Below, piece by piece: positions 8,532-18,432 of a stretch of 64,000 nt of DNA. The notes below the pieces were generated by a model. That model did not search any database. It had not been told where the DNA came from and worked only from the letters and a program-made list of their open reading frames with translations. The position numbers and the translations under genes are program-made. Positions within the stretch are counted from its first letter, which is position 1; every line of letters starts with the position of its first letter. The DNA comes from Betaproteobacteria bacterium. GTDB taxonomy: Bacteria > Pseudomonadota > Gammaproteobacteria > Burkholderiales > SG8-39. The stretch covers positions 397-64,396 of the forward strand of contig JACOVA010000005.1 in assembly GCA_016177575.1 (NCBI GenBank), written 5' to 3'.

Positions 8532-9464
8532 TCAGAACCAGCTCTCCGGTACGCGCAGCACGTCGTTCGGCCGCAGCTTGTCGGTCCCGCGCACGGCGCG
8601 CGACACCACCTTGCCGGCGTCGCGCCGCTCGATGCGGATGCCCCGCTCCGAGCCGCGCGGCGTGAGGCCGCCGCCCACCGACAGCGCCTGCATCACGGTC
8701 ATGCCGGCGGCGAGCGGATACGAGCCGGGCTGGCGCACCTCGCCGTAGACGTAGAACACCGGCAGCACCGGCACGAACACCGTGTCGCCGGCGCGGATCA
8801 GCAGGTTGCGCGCCGCCGAGCCGGAATTCATCTGGTTGCCGACGTAGACCTCGTGGCGCTCGACCGTGCCGTCGCTGGCGGTCTGGACCACGGTCACGGT
8901 TTCGCTTCCCTTGGCGGTGATGCCCCCGGCGACGGCGATCACCTCGGTGAGGCTGGTCGGCCTGGTGACCGGGTACTTGCCCGGCTTGCCCACTTCGCCC
9001 AGCACCGACACGTTCTGGCTGCGGTATTCGAGCACCCGCACGATCACGTTCGGCTCCTTGAGGAAGCCACCGCTCTTCAGGCTCGCCTCGAGCGAGCGCG
9101 CCGCCCCGACCCGCGTCATGCCGCCGACCTTTACCTCGCCCACCAGCGGCATGCTCACAGATCCGCCTTCCGAGATCTCGACCTCGGTCAGCAGATCGGG
9201 CTGGTCGTAGACCGTGATGCGGATCACGTCGCCGACGCCGAGCCTGTATTCGTCCCGCGCCGCGGCTTGCGCAGGCGCCTGCGGAACCGACGCCTGCGCC
9301 GGGGCCTGCTGCATTGGCGCCGCCCGCATCGGTGCCTGCTCCCACGGTCCTGGCTGCGTCGGTGCCCGCGCCGGAGTCTGCCGCGGCGCGCTCTGCGCCA
9401 GGCAGCACGTTGCCGCCAGCATGAGCGACGCAGCGGCGATCGTCTTGGCGAAGTTCACGGGCAT
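8532..9464 (-). CDS. Polysaccharide export outer-membrane/periplasmic protein (Wza/EpsE-like)
   Basis: Signal peptide MPVNFAKTIAAASLMLAATCCLAQS. Has YRLGVGDVIRITV and repeated SLBB-like segments. The ATG at 9464 is preferred over the TTG at 9470 used in the ORF track. Confidence 0.85.
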   Translation of the reverse strand: MPVNFAKTIAAASLMLAATCCLAQSAPRQTPARAPTQPGPWEQAPMRAAPMQQAPAQASVPQAPAQAAARDEYRLGVGDVIRITVYDQPDLLTEVEISEGGSVSMPLVGEVKVGGMTRVGAARSLEASLKSGGFLKEPNVIVRVLEYRSQNVSVLGEVGKPGKYPVTRPTSLTEVIAVAGGITAKGSETVTVVQTASDGTVERHEVYVGNQMNSGSAARNLLIRAGDTVFVPVLPVFYVYGEVRQPGSYPLAAGMTVMQALSVGGGLTPRGSERGIRIERRDAGKVVSRAVRGTDKLRPNDVLRVPESWF

Positions 9465-9466
9465 GG

Positions 9467-10873
9467 TCAATAGGCGTTGGGATCCTTCAGCATCACGAAC
9501 GCGGTGCGGAACAGGATCAGGAAATCGAGCGCCGGCGACCAGTTCCTGAGGTAGTCGAGGTCGTACTCGATGCGCCGGCGCATGCGCTCGACCGAGCGCG
9601 TTTCCCCGCGCAGGCCGTTCACCTGCGCCCAGCCGGTGATGCCGGGCTTCACCTTGTGCCGGATCATGTAGCCCTGGATCAGCCCGCGGTACTGCTCGTT
9701 GTGCGCGACCGCATGGGGCCTGGGACCGACCATGCTCATGCTGCCCTCGAGCACGTTGAGCAGCTGCGGCAGCTCATCGAGCGAGGCGCGCCTGAGAAAC
9801 GCGCCGAGGCGCGTCACGCGCCCGTCGTCGCGGCGCGCCTGGACGATGCGCGTGCCGTCCTCGCACACGGTCATGGTGCGGAACTTGAGCACGAGGAATT
9901 CCTCTCCGTCGAGCCCATAGCGGCGCTGGCGGAACAGCGCCGGGCCGGGCGAGCCGAGCCTGACCCCGGCCGCGATGGCGAGCATCAGCGGCCAGAGCAG
10001 GGCGAGCGCCAGTCCGGCGACCGCGAGGTCGGTCGCGCGCTTGAGCAGCGCGTTGACGCCGTAGAAAGGCGTCTCTAGGACCGCCAGCAGCGGGATGCCG
10101 CCGATCTGTCCGACGCGCGCCTGGATCGCGTCGAAGGGCAGGGTGTTGGGGACCAGATACACCGACGCGGTGGTGTCGCGCAGCTCCCGCGCCAGGCGCA
10201 GGATGCGCGCATCGCTGGTGACCGGAAGCGTGATGTAGACCTCGCTCACGTGGTGGCGCTTCACATAGGGCGCGACATCGGCCAGTCCGCCCAGGCAGCC
10301 CGGGGTGCGCGCGCGCAGCCGCGGCTCGTGCCGGTCATCGAAGAAGCCGACCACGTCGCCGAGGCAGGGGTCGCCGTGGATCCGGCTCGCCAGCTCGTCG
10401 CCGAGCTGATTCGCGCCGACGATCACGCGGCTGCGCAGCTCGCCCGCGCCGATCATCACCTTCGGCAGCAGCCGGCACGCCAGCGCGCGCGCCAGCAGCA
10501 GGGCAAACGGAGTGACGACCAGCCAGGTCAGCATGACTTTGCGCGAATACAGGCCGGTCAGCTTGGTGATGAAGCCGAGCAGCAGCAGGATCGCGGCCAC
10601 CGCGGCCCATTTGAGCGCGATGTCCTGCACCAGGCCGCCGGGGGCCGGCCGCGGGCCGCCGTTGGCGAGCGGCAGCTCGCCGAATACCTGCAGCGCGACC
10701 ATGAACGCAACCACGGCCAGGATCACATAGCGCTCCGAAGCCGGCTCGCCCAGCGCGAGCGCGCACATCGCGAGCGCGGCGACGCACACCGCCGGCGCGA
10801 GCAGCAGCCGCAGCAGCACCGCGCCGGGCCGCTCGTCGCTGAAGGGTCTGAGTACGTCGACCAGGCCGCTCAT
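9467..10873 (-). CDS. Undecaprenyl-phosphate hexose-1-phosphate transferase (priming bacterial sugar transferase, WcaJ/EpsB-like)
   Basis: C-terminal catalytic block DELPQLLNVLEGSMSMVGPRPH ... KPGITGWAQV, with N-terminal TM helices. ATG 10873 is preferred because the 5' extension to GTG 10915 would encode the sigma-54-like motif. The start remains uncertain. Confidence 0.85.
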   Translation of the reverse strand: MSGLVDVLRPFSDERPGAVLLRLLLAPAVCVAALAMCALALGEPASERYVILAVVAFMVALQVFGELPLANGGPRPAPGGLVQDIALKWAAVAAILLLLGFITKLTGLYSRKVMLTWLVVTPFALLLARALACRLLPKVMIGAGELRSRVIVGANQLGDELASRIHGDPCLGDVVGFFDDRHEPRLRARTPGCLGGLADVAPYVKRHHVSEVYITLPVTSDARILRLARELRDTTASVYLVPNTLPFDAIQARVGQIGGIPLLAVLETPFYGVNALLKRATDLAVAGLALALLWPLMLAIAAGVRLGSPGPALFRQRRYGLDGEEFLVLKFRTMTVCEDGTRIVQARRDDGRVTRLGAFLRRASLDELPQLLNVLEGSMSMVGPRPHAVAHNEQYRGLIQGYMIRHKVKPGITGWAQVNGLRGETRSVERMRRRIEYDLDYLRNWSPALDFLILFRTAFVMLKDPNAY

Positions 10874-10884
10874 GCCATGGTTGC

Positions 10885-10900
10885 TGCAACCTGTATGCCA
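10885..10900 (-). promoter_or_regulatory. Candidate sigma-54 (-24/-12) promoter upstream of the priming transferase
   Basis: The minus strand reads TGGCATACAGGTTGCA. GG and GC are at consensus spacing (TGGCAC-N5-TTGCA) and TTGCA is perfect. It lies in the 65-nt gap between manC and the priming GT. Confidence 0.45.
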
Positions 10901-10938
10901 GACCCGCTCACCCACGCCGATTCATCGGTTTGCATCAC

Positions 10939-12477
10939 TTACTCACCGCCGCGCGCACCTTCCACGCGTTCGTGAAAGCGCTTTGCGTCGGCCGAGGGCG
11001 ACACTTTCGGCCGCGCTTGCGCGCGCCCGTAGCGGTCCTCGAGGCGCACGATGTCGTCTTCGCCCAGATAAGCGCCGGACTGCACCTCGATGATCTCGAG
11101 CGGCACGCGGCCGGGATTTTCCAGGCGGTGGCGCACGCCCATCGGAATGTAAGTCGAGTGGTTCTCGGTCAGCAGGAATTCCTCCTCGCCGCGCACCACC
11201 CGGGCAGTGCCCCGCACCACGATCCAGTGCTCGGCGCGGTGGTAGTGCATCTGCAGCGACAGCGAGGCGCCCGGCTCGACCACGATGCGCTTCACCTGGA
11301 AGCGCTCGCCGCTGTCGAGGCCGTCGTAGCTGCCCCACGGCCGCTGCACCTTGCGGTGCATGAGGCATTCGGGCCGTCCGGCCGCGCGCAGCCGCGCGAC
11401 CACCTCTTTCACCTGCTGCGCCTTGTCCTTGCGCGCCACCATGACCGCGTCCGGGGTCTCGATCACCACCACGTCCTCCAGCCCCACGCAGGCGAGCAGC
11501 CGGTGCTGCGCGATCAGCAGCGCGTTGCGCGTGTCGCTCGCCTGCACGTCGCCGTGGATCACGTTGCCCTCACCGTCCTTGGCCTCGATATCCCACAGCG
11601 CGCTCCAGGCCCCGACGTCCGACCAGCCGGCGTCGAGGCGCACGACGGCCGCCGCCGCGCCCGGCTCGCCGGGCGCGCGCTGGCAGAGCTTCTCCATCAC
11701 CGCGCAGTCGATCGAATCGGCCGGGCAGGCCTCGAACGCCGCGCGCTCGACGCGCACGAAGCCGCCGTCCAGGGTTCCCAGGCGGCGCGCGCGCTCGCAG
11801 GCGCTGAAGATGTCGCCATGAAACTCGGAGATGCACTCGATCCAGACCGAGGCGCGCACGGCGAAAATTCCGCTGTTCCACAGGTAGCGCCCGGAGGCGA
11901 GGTAGCCCGCCGCGGTCGCCGCATCGGGCTTCTCGACGAACGAATCCACGTATTGCGCCGCGGCGCCGGCGCCGCGCACCGGCTCGCCAGCGCGGATGTA
12001 GCCGTAGCCGGTCTCGGGCGCCGTGGGCGGCACGCCGAAGGTCACCACATGCCCGGCCGCGGCGAGCTCGGCGCCGCGCGCCACGCTGCGCACGAAGGCC
12101 TCGGTCTGCGCGATCACGTGGTCGGAGGGCATCGCCACCAGCACCGGATCGTCGTCCGCGACGACGTCGATCGCCGCCAGCGTCAGGGCCGGCGCGGTTC
12201 CGCGCCCGAGCGGCTCGAGCAGGATCCTGCGCGCGCGCGGCCCCCCGCCGCTCAGCTGCCTGGAGACGAGAAAGCGGTGCGCTTCGTTGCAGACCACCAC
12301 CGCGTCGGCGGTCTGGTCGCCGTTCACGCCGCGCAGCGCGTTCAGCCGCGCCGCGGTCCGCTGCAGCAGAGTGCGCTCGCCGTTGAGGGCGAGCAGCTGC
12401 TTGGGATAGTGCTCGCGCGACAGCGGCCACAGCCGCGTCCCCGAGCCGCCGCAAAGAATCACCGGTTGGATGTTCAT
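10939..12477 (-). CDS. manC: Mannose-1-phosphate guanylyltransferase / mannose-6-phosphate isomerase (bifunctional type II PMI-GMP)
   Basis: Tail of ORF 10939..13125 from MNIQPVILCGGSGTRLWPLSR. C-terminal cupin RPWGSYDGLDSGERFQVKRIVVEPGASLSLQMHYHRAEHW. 512 aa. Confidence 0.9.
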   Translation of the reverse strand: MNIQPVILCGGSGTRLWPLSREHYPKQLLALNGERTLLQRTAARLNALRGVNGDQTADAVVVCNEAHRFLVSRQLSGGGPRARRILLEPLGRGTAPALTLAAIDVVADDDPVLVAMPSDHVIAQTEAFVRSVARGAELAAAGHVVTFGVPPTAPETGYGYIRAGEPVRGAGAAAQYVDSFVEKPDAATAAGYLASGRYLWNSGIFAVRASVWIECISEFHGDIFSACERARRLGTLDGGFVRVERAAFEACPADSIDCAVMEKLCQRAPGEPGAAAAVVRLDAGWSDVGAWSALWDIEAKDGEGNVIHGDVQASDTRNALLIAQHRLLACVGLEDVVVIETPDAVMVARKDKAQQVKEVVARLRAAGRPECLMHRKVQRPWGSYDGLDSGERFQVKRIVVEPGASLSLQMHYHRAEHWIVVRGTARVVRGEEEFLLTENHSTYIPMGVRHRLENPGRVPLEIIEVQSGAYLGEDDIVRLEDRYGRAQARPKVSPSADAKRFHERVEGARGGE

Positions 12478-13259
12478 GGCTTGCCTCCGCGCGCCCGGCC
12501 GCCCAGCATCTCGCCGAGGGTCCAGGCGATGAAAAGCGTGTTGGTGACCAGATAGCGCCGCCACAGCCGGCGCGGCTGGCGCGACAGCCGGTGCACCCAC
12601 TCCAGACCGGCCTCCTGCATCCAGCGCGGCGCGCGCTTCACCGTTCCGGCATGGAAATCGAACGCCGCGCCGGCGCCCAGCATCACGGCCGGTATCGATT
12701 CGCGGTGATAGAACATCCAGGCCTCCTGCTTCGGGCAGCCCAGACCGACGAACACGAGCCGTGCGCCGGACTCGGCGATCGCGCGCACCACCCGCCGGTC
12801 CTCCTCGGCATTGGACGGCCGGAACGGCGGCGCGAGGCTGCCGGCAATTCGCAGCGACGGAAAAGCGCGGCGCAGCCTGGCGCGCAGCCGCGCCAGCGTG
12901 GTCTCGGTCGAGCCGTAGAGGAACACCGGCAGGCCCTCCCTGGCCGCGCGTGCGCAGCAGAGCCACATCAGGTCCGGACCCGCCACGCGCCGCTGGCCCC
13001 GATGACCCTGCCGCCGCAGGCGCCAAGCAATCGGCGCGCCGTCGGGGACGCGCAGATCGGCGTGATTGATCACCCAGGCGAAATCGGGGTTCAGGCGCGC
13101 GCTCACCAGCGTGTGCACGTTGCACGCGTACACGCAGCGCGACTCGCCGCGCTCGGCCCAGGCGAGCACGCGCTCGACATAGGCCTCGGCGCTTGCCGCG
13201 TCGATCGGCATGCCGAGCACTGCGGCGTCGGCGCCCTCCGCTGCCGGCCGGTCGTTCAC
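12474..13259 (-). CDS. WecB/TagA/CpsF family glycosyltransferase (GT26)
   Basis: 261 aa. Has LGMPIDA near the N-terminus and the GLGCPKQEAWM motif. GTGA overlap with the upstream GT stop. Confidence 0.85.
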   Translation of the reverse strand: MNDRPAAEGADAAVLGMPIDAASAEAYVERVLAWAERGESRCVYACNVHTLVSARLNPDFAWVINHADLRVPDGAPIAWRLRRQGHRGQRRVAGPDLMWLCCARAAREGLPVFLYGSTETTLARLRARLRRAFPSLRIAGSLAPPFRPSNAEEDRRVVRAIAESGARLVFVGLGCPKQEAWMFYHRESIPAVMLGAGAAFDFHAGTVKRAPRWMQEAGLEWVHRLSRQPRRLWRRYLVTNTLFIAWTLGEMLGGRARGGKP

Positions 13260-14431
13260 GCGGCGGCCCTCCGGCGGTATGCGGACAAGGCGTCGGCGTA
13301 GATGTCCATCAGCTGCTCGTAGTTGCGCTGCGGGGTGAAGCGCGCCTCGTACTCGGCGCGGGCGTTCGCCCCCATGGCGCGCATCTGCGCGGGCGAGGAT
13401 CGGGCGTACGCGAGCTGGCGCGCGAGATCCTCTGCCGAGCCCGGCTCGAACAGCAGGCCGGTGCGGCCGTGCTCGACCATCTCAGCGAGCGCGCCGATGC
13501 GGCTGGCGATCACCGGCAATCCGCTCGCGAACGCCTCCACCAGGGTGCGCGGAAAGCACTCGAACCAGACGCTCGGCATGACCAGGTACGCGGCCGCGCG
13601 CATGCGCGCGAGCACCGCGCCGGCGTCGAGCCAGCCGAGCGCGCGCGTCCTGGCGTGTGCCGCGACGCGCGCCGCTTCCGGCCCGCTGCCGACCACCTCG
13701 GCCTCGATGCCGGGAACGCGATCGAGCGCGCCAAGCAGCGTATCGATGCCCTTCTCCGCGCTCAGGCGGCCGACGAAGAGCGCGCCGCGCCGCGGCGCGG
13801 CCGGCGGCGGCGCGATGTCGACGAAATTCGGCTTGACCACGATGCGCGCGGCGGGCAGGCCACCCTCGATGAACTTGCGTCGGCAAAATTCGTTCAGGGC
13901 AACGAAGCGCGCCACGCGCTCGTGAAAGCTGCCGAGCATGCGGTGCAGCGTCACCACACCGGCGAGCGCCGCCGATTGCGCCGCCGAGTCGTGGTAACAC
14001 CTGCGCACCACCCCGCGCCACGGCACGCGGCCCAAACAGTCCACGCAGACGCGCTCCCGCATGCGGAACATTCCCTGCACGCACAGCAGCCGGTAGTTGT
14101 GCAGCGTCTGCACCACCGGCACGCCGGCGCGCGCGGCGGCCCAGTACAGCGAGGGCGAGACGAGCGCGAATGTGTTGTGGGCGTGAATCAGGTCGGGCCG
14201 GAACGCGGCGCACAGCGCGCCGATCTCGGCCGCGGTGCGTCGCGACCAGAACGCCTGCGACGACGCCCGCAGGGGACCGATGCGGTCAAGCTCGTGATTA
14301 TCGCGCTGGTAGAGCTGCACCGCGTGGCCGCGCGCGCGCAGCAGCGCGATCTCGGCCTCCGCCACCGCGTCCTCGCCGCCGCGCTGGCGATAGCGGTTGT
14401 GAACCACCACGATACGCAGCCGCGGGCTCAT
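13256..14431 (-). CDS. Glycosyltransferase family 4
   Basis: 391 aa. Starts MSPRLRIVVVHNRYRQRGGED and contains PSVWFECFPRTLVEAFASGLPVIAS (E-x7-E). Confidence 0.85.
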   Translation of the reverse strand: MSPRLRIVVVHNRYRQRGGEDAVAEAEIALLRARGHAVQLYQRDNHELDRIGPLRASSQAFWSRRTAAEIGALCAAFRPDLIHAHNTFALVSPSLYWAAARAGVPVVQTLHNYRLLCVQGMFRMRERVCVDCLGRVPWRGVVRRCYHDSAAQSAALAGVVTLHRMLGSFHERVARFVALNEFCRRKFIEGGLPAARIVVKPNFVDIAPPPAAPRRGALFVGRLSAEKGIDTLLGALDRVPGIEAEVVGSGPEAARVAAHARTRALGWLDAGAVLARMRAAAYLVMPSVWFECFPRTLVEAFASGLPVIASRIGALAEMVEHGRTGLLFEPGSAEDLARQLAYARSSPAQMRAMGANARAEYEARFTPQRNYEQLMDIYADALSAYRRRAAA

Positions 14432-16050
14432 CGGGCCGGTCCCGCCGCCAGCCCCTTCAGGCGCACGCCGAGCCGATCGGCGCTCGCCAGAACCGGCGAC
14501 CAGTCGCGCGGCAGATCCTTCGCCGCCAGCGCCTTGCGCAGCTCCGCGGGCGGCGCCAGGCGCTCGCTGCGCGAGTGCGCGTCCTGGCCGCTCGCCGAGC
14601 GCCAGGCGTCCAGGCCCTTGCGCACCGGCCGATCGCGCGATCCCCAGCCGAGCGAGAACGACGGCGGCTCGCCGTCGTACAGGTAGACGTTGTAGTCGGA
14701 GACGTTGGCGTCGGTATCCGGAGGCAGCACCACTGCGGCGCGCCCGTTCCAGGCGAGTACGTTGCCGACCACGCGCGCGGCGCGCGCCGTGATCTCCGGG
14801 CGGCTGGGCTTGCGCTCGTTGACGACCGCGATGCCCTCCATGCCGTTATTCGCCACCAGGTTGTGCGACACCACCGAATCCGGGCTGTTGGGAAGGTAGA
14901 TGCCGCGCTGGCCGTTGCCGAACACGTAGTTGTCGTGCACCTTTGCCCTGCGGCTCGCCTCGTAATGGATGCCGAAGCCGCTGTTGTAGGCGATGACGCT
15001 GTGGTGGACGCGATTGTTGTCGTTCATCCAATCGAACCACAGGCCGTCGCCGCGATTGCCGATCGCCCGGTGGTTGGCGATTTCCGAGTCGCGCAGGCCG
15101 CCCTCGCCCACGAACTTGGCGCCGCCGGCTTCCCACCACTTGTTGAAGCCGCGCGTATTGTTGTAGCTGGTCTCGCTGTCGGAGATACGGTTGCCGCGGC
15201 CGCGCAGCTTGATGCCGGTCTGGCCGCAGTGGTTGGCCACGCTCGCGCTGATCGTGATGCGGTTGCCGGTCAGGTCCATGCCGTTGCCATCCGTGTGGCT
15301 GACCTCGATGCGCTCCAGGGCGAGGTTGTCGCCGAGCAGCGTGAGCGCGCCCGACTGGTTGAGCGCCGTGGTATTGGCGTGCTGCAAGCGCAAATCGCGC
15401 AGCGAGACGTTCTTCAGTCCCTTGCCGAACACCAGGTAGGGCCGCACGCTCACCTCGACCGCGCGCCCGGCGAGCGAGGCGTGGCGCACCTTCACGTACA
15501 GGCTCTGCTCCGCGGCGTCGTAGTGAAAGCTGTTCTCGACCAGCTGCTCGCGCCCGCCGGCCGTGCGCCCCGGCCAGATGCCGCCCTGCGCGGCGTGCAG
15601 CGCTTTCATCGGGTGGCCGGGCTTGTCGGGGTAGCCGTTGAGGATGCTGCCGCCGATCTGGCGCAGCGGCTCGCCGTCGACGAATACCTGCTGGCTGTTA
15701 ACGCGCCACGAGCGCCTGACGAACACGCCCCCGCCCAGCGCCTCCCAGCCCTCGACCAGATCCGAGCCCTTGATCAGCACCGCGCCGCCCGGCGTGCCGC
15801 GGATCACCGTGGCGGCATCGCCCCAATCGCGCTCCGGCAGCAGCAGCGCCTCGCGGTAGACGCCGGGCGCGACGATGAGCTCGTCCCCGGGCTGCAGCAT
15901 CTTCAGCGCGTGCGCGAGCGTGCGGTAGGGTCGCCCGTCTTCGCCTGCGCCGGCATCCCTGGCGGCCGGACTGGCCGGATCGACGTGGCGCGTCGCGGCG
16001 CTCGCGCTGGCGGCGAAGACGGCGAATAGCAGCGGCAGCCAGCGGCGCAT
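14428..16050 (-). CDS. Secreted right-handed parallel beta-helix repeat protein (pectate-lyase/NosD-like; possible EPS lyase, epimerase or depolymerase)
   Basis: 540 aa. Signal peptide MRRWLPLLFAVFAASASA. Repeated beta-helix rungs such as NRITISASVANHCGQTGIKL, NRISDSETSYNN, NRVHHSVIAYNSGFGIHY, HDNYVFGNGQRGIYL and SHNLVANNGMEGIAV. Confidence 0.7.
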   Translation of the reverse strand: MRRWLPLLFAVFAASASAATRHVDPASPAARDAGAGEDGRPYRTLAHALKMLQPGDELIVAPGVYREALLLPERDWGDAATVIRGTPGGAVLIKGSDLVEGWEALGGGVFVRRSWRVNSQQVFVDGEPLRQIGGSILNGYPDKPGHPMKALHAAQGGIWPGRTAGGREQLVENSFHYDAAEQSLYVKVRHASLAGRAVEVSVRPYLVFGKGLKNVSLRDLRLQHANTTALNQSGALTLLGDNLALERIEVSHTDGNGMDLTGNRITISASVANHCGQTGIKLRGRGNRISDSETSYNNTRGFNKWWEAGGAKFVGEGGLRDSEIANHRAIGNRGDGLWFDWMNDNNRVHHSVIAYNSGFGIHYEASRRAKVHDNYVFGNGQRGIYLPNSPDSVVSHNLVANNGMEGIAVVNERKPSRPEITARAARVVGNVLAWNGRAAVVLPPDTDANVSDYNVYLYDGEPPSFSLGWGSRDRPVRKGLDAWRSASGQDAHSRSERLAPPAELRKALAAKDLPRDWSPVLASADRLGVRLKGLAAGPAR

Positions 16051-16054
16051 CGCG

Positions 16055-17314
16055 CTACCCGCCGTCCGGCAGCAGCTGCGCCGGCGCAGTCCTGCCGGCG
16101 CGCACCATCAGGTAGAGCGCCTCCATGCGGGCGACCTGGCATTGCCAGGAAAACTGCACGCGCGCCCGCCGCTCGGCCGCTTGCGACATCCGCTCCACCA
16201 GCCGCGGCTCGTCGGCAAGCGCGAGCAGTGCGCGCGCCAGTCCGCGCACGACCTGCGCCGGCGCGCCGGGGAGCACGCGCACACCGCAGGAATCGTCGAC
16301 CAGCTCGCCCGGCCCGCCGAGCTTCAGGCACACCACCGGCAGGCCGCCGGCAAGGGCCTCGAGCACCGCATTGCCGCTCGAATCGTGCAGGCTCGGGAAA
16401 AGAAACACGTCGTGGCGCGGATACACCTGCAGCACCGCGTCGCGCTCCAGCCAGGAGATCCAGGTCACCGCCTCGCCGATTCCGAGCCGCTGCGCGAGCG
16501 CGTGCAGCCAGCGCTCGTCGCGCCCGCTGCCCACGATCGTCAGGTGCGCCTCGGGATGGCGCTCGAGCAGCCTGGCGAAGGCCATCAGCCCGAGATGCAC
16601 GCCCTTCCAGTACAGCAGGCGGCCGACGTACAGCACGCGGAATCGGCCCTCCGTGGCATGGTGGCGCGGCGGCGGCTGCACCCGGGCATCGGTGCCGACC
16701 TCCAGGTACACCCGGCACTTGTCCCGGTAGCGGCCGGGAATGCGCTGCAGCGTCTCGGCGGTCTTGCACAGGGTCAGCCCGGCGCGCTTGTAGACCGACG
16801 CCATCAGCGGATCGACGCGCACCAGCCAGTTCGCCATGTCGCGCGCCAGGTCGGCCAGGTAGCCGCGCAGCGGGAAGGTGCGGCGCAGCGCGCGCGGCGC
16901 GGACTCGCCGCCGCCGACCGGCCCGAACACGAACGGCAGCCCGAGCCGGCCGAGGAACGAGGGATGGCGGAAGACGCCGAAGGTGAGGTGGTGCACCAGA
17001 TCGAAACGCGTCTCGCGGCACACGCGCCGCGCCGCCCGGTACGCGCCCCACTGCCACAGCAGGTAGTAGATGCGCACGCCGCGCGCGCCGCGCTTCCACC
17101 AGCGCGCCCAGCGCGGCAGATCGTAGAAGATGAAGCGCAGGTTCGCCTCGGGCCGGTCGGCAAGCGCCCGTTCGATCGCCGACCGGTTGTTGGCGCGCGT
17201 CAGTACCCACACTTCGTGGCCGGCGTGCGCCAGCCCGAGCGCCCAGCTCCAGCCGATGCCGGGTTCCGAGCCCTTGCCCGGCTCGCAGGCATACGCCGAG
17301 AGCAGAATCTTCAT
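16055..17314 (-). CDS. Glycosyltransferase family 4
   Basis: Tail of ORF 16055..18271 from MKILLSAYACEPGKGSEPGIGW. Contains FLFPSLHDSSGNAVLEALAGGLPVVC. 419 aa. Confidence 0.8.
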   Translation of the reverse strand: MKILLSAYACEPGKGSEPGIGWSWALGLAHAGHEVWVLTRANNRSAIERALADRPEANLRFIFYDLPRWARWWKRGARGVRIYYLLWQWGAYRAARRVCRETRFDLVHHLTFGVFRHPSFLGRLGLPFVFGPVGGGESAPRALRRTFPLRGYLADLARDMANWLVRVDPLMASVYKRAGLTLCKTAETLQRIPGRYRDKCRVYLEVGTDARVQPPPRHHATEGRFRVLYVGRLLYWKGVHLGLMAFARLLERHPEAHLTIVGSGRDERWLHALAQRLGIGEAVTWISWLERDAVLQVYPRHDVFLFPSLHDSSGNAVLEALAGGLPVVCLKLGGPGELVDDSCGVRVLPGAPAQVVRGLARALLALADEPRLVERMSQAAERRARVQFSWQCQVARMEALYLMVRAGRTAPAQLLPDGG

Positions 17315-18432
17315 GCCGCCATCCATTCCGCGCGCCGCTCCATCAGCCGCCAGTAGCGGCGGATCACCGGATGCGAATAGCTGATGCGCCGGTCCGGGGT
17401 CGAGTAGCGCAGGATCACGCCGAGCAGGTAAGCGAGCGCGAACGCGGACACCACCCGCGGGCGCCAGTCCCATTGCGGATAGACGGCCATGGCGAAGCTG
17501 CGCGCCTGCGCCATCGCCCTGGCGAGATGCGCGGCACCCAGGCGGCGGCGGTGCACCGCGCGACCGATCAGCAGATAGTGCAGCACATCGTCGAGCGGGC
17601 TGGCGCCCGGACGCGCCGACTCCCAGTCGAAGACGAAGATCCGGTCGCCGAGCGTGCGTATGTTCCACGGCGCGAAATCGCCCTGCGACGCGACATAGGG
17701 ACCGGACCAGTACACGAGCGGCTCCTCGCAATCTGCGACCGCGCGCTGCAGTGCCGCGTGCGCGGCGGGCTCGATGTCGGGCGCAAGCCGGGCGAGCGCC
17801 TCCTGCAGGTGCCGGCGGCAGACGGAGAGCTCGAAGTCCTCGACCCGCATGCGCAGCTGCCTCAGCGCGGCGAGAAAGCTCGCGTGCCGCACGGTGAACT
17901 CGCTGGTGGTCGCCGTGCTCGGCGCGATGCTCGTCACCAGGTAACGCCGCCCCGCGGCCGTGGTGCCCTCCTCCAGCAGCTGCGGAACCTGGCCTTCGAG
18001 GTCGGGAACCTGCCGCAGCCTGCGCAGCCAGCCGGCTTCGGCCTGCACGGCGGCGTCGGCGCGCCGCTCCATGGCGATCTTCGCCAGCGCGAAAGGCAGG
18101 CCCGGCTCCGCCATAAGCAGCGCGCAAGCCTTCCGGTACGGGCTGGGGGTGCCGATCTGAATCGTCGCGCACGGCGCCTCGAGCATGGTTTCGCGCGCGC
18201 CGCGCGCGCGCGCGAAGCGCAGCTCCGGCAGCAGCGCCAGGGGACTGCGCGCGTTCAGCCACAGCAGGCAATCCGCGGCCAGCCGGTGCAACGGCCTGGC
18301 GATGAAGTGGCGCAGGCAGCGCATCTGCGCGGCGAGCGGCGTTCCCGCCGGCACCAGCAGCGGACGCCTGCGCCAGCCGAACAGCACGTGCCAGCGCCCC
18401 GGGCCGACCGGCAGCTGTTGCACGCCGTTCAT
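17311..18432 (-). CDS. Aminoglycoside/choline-kinase-like phosphotransferase fold protein (APH family), substrate unknown
   Basis: Tail of ORF 17311..19272 from MNGVQQLPVG. Catalytic-loop-like SQGDFAPWNI followed by VFDWESA, matching the HxDxxxxN...D[WF]E pattern with His replaced by Gln. ATGA overlaps on both sides. Confidence 0.6.
   Translation of the reverse strand: MNGVQQLPVGPGRWHVLFGWRRRPLLVPAGTPLAAQMRCLRHFIARPLHRLAADCLLWLNARSPLALLPELRFARARGARETMLEAPCATIQIGTPSPYRKACALLMAEPGLPFALAKIAMERRADAAVQAEAGWLRRLRQVPDLEGQVPQLLEEGTTAAGRRYLVTSIAPSTATTSEFTVRHASFLAALRQLRMRVEDFELSVCRRHLQEALARLAPDIEPAAHAALQRAVADCEEPLVYWSGPYVASQGDFAPWNIRTLGDRIFVFDWESARPGASPLDDVLHYLLIGRAVHRRRLGAAHLARAMAQARSFAMAVYPQWDWRPRVVSAFALAYLLGVILRYSTPDRRISYSHPVIRRYWRLMERRAEWMAA

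Noticed and set aside
10874-10915. GTG at 10915 as the start of the priming sugar transferase
   Set aside because: The 14 extra residues (MGERVWHTGCSNHG) are exactly the translation of the sigma-54-like motif and are not hydrophobic or family-like. ATG 10873 is preferred, and an even later GTG cannot be excluded.
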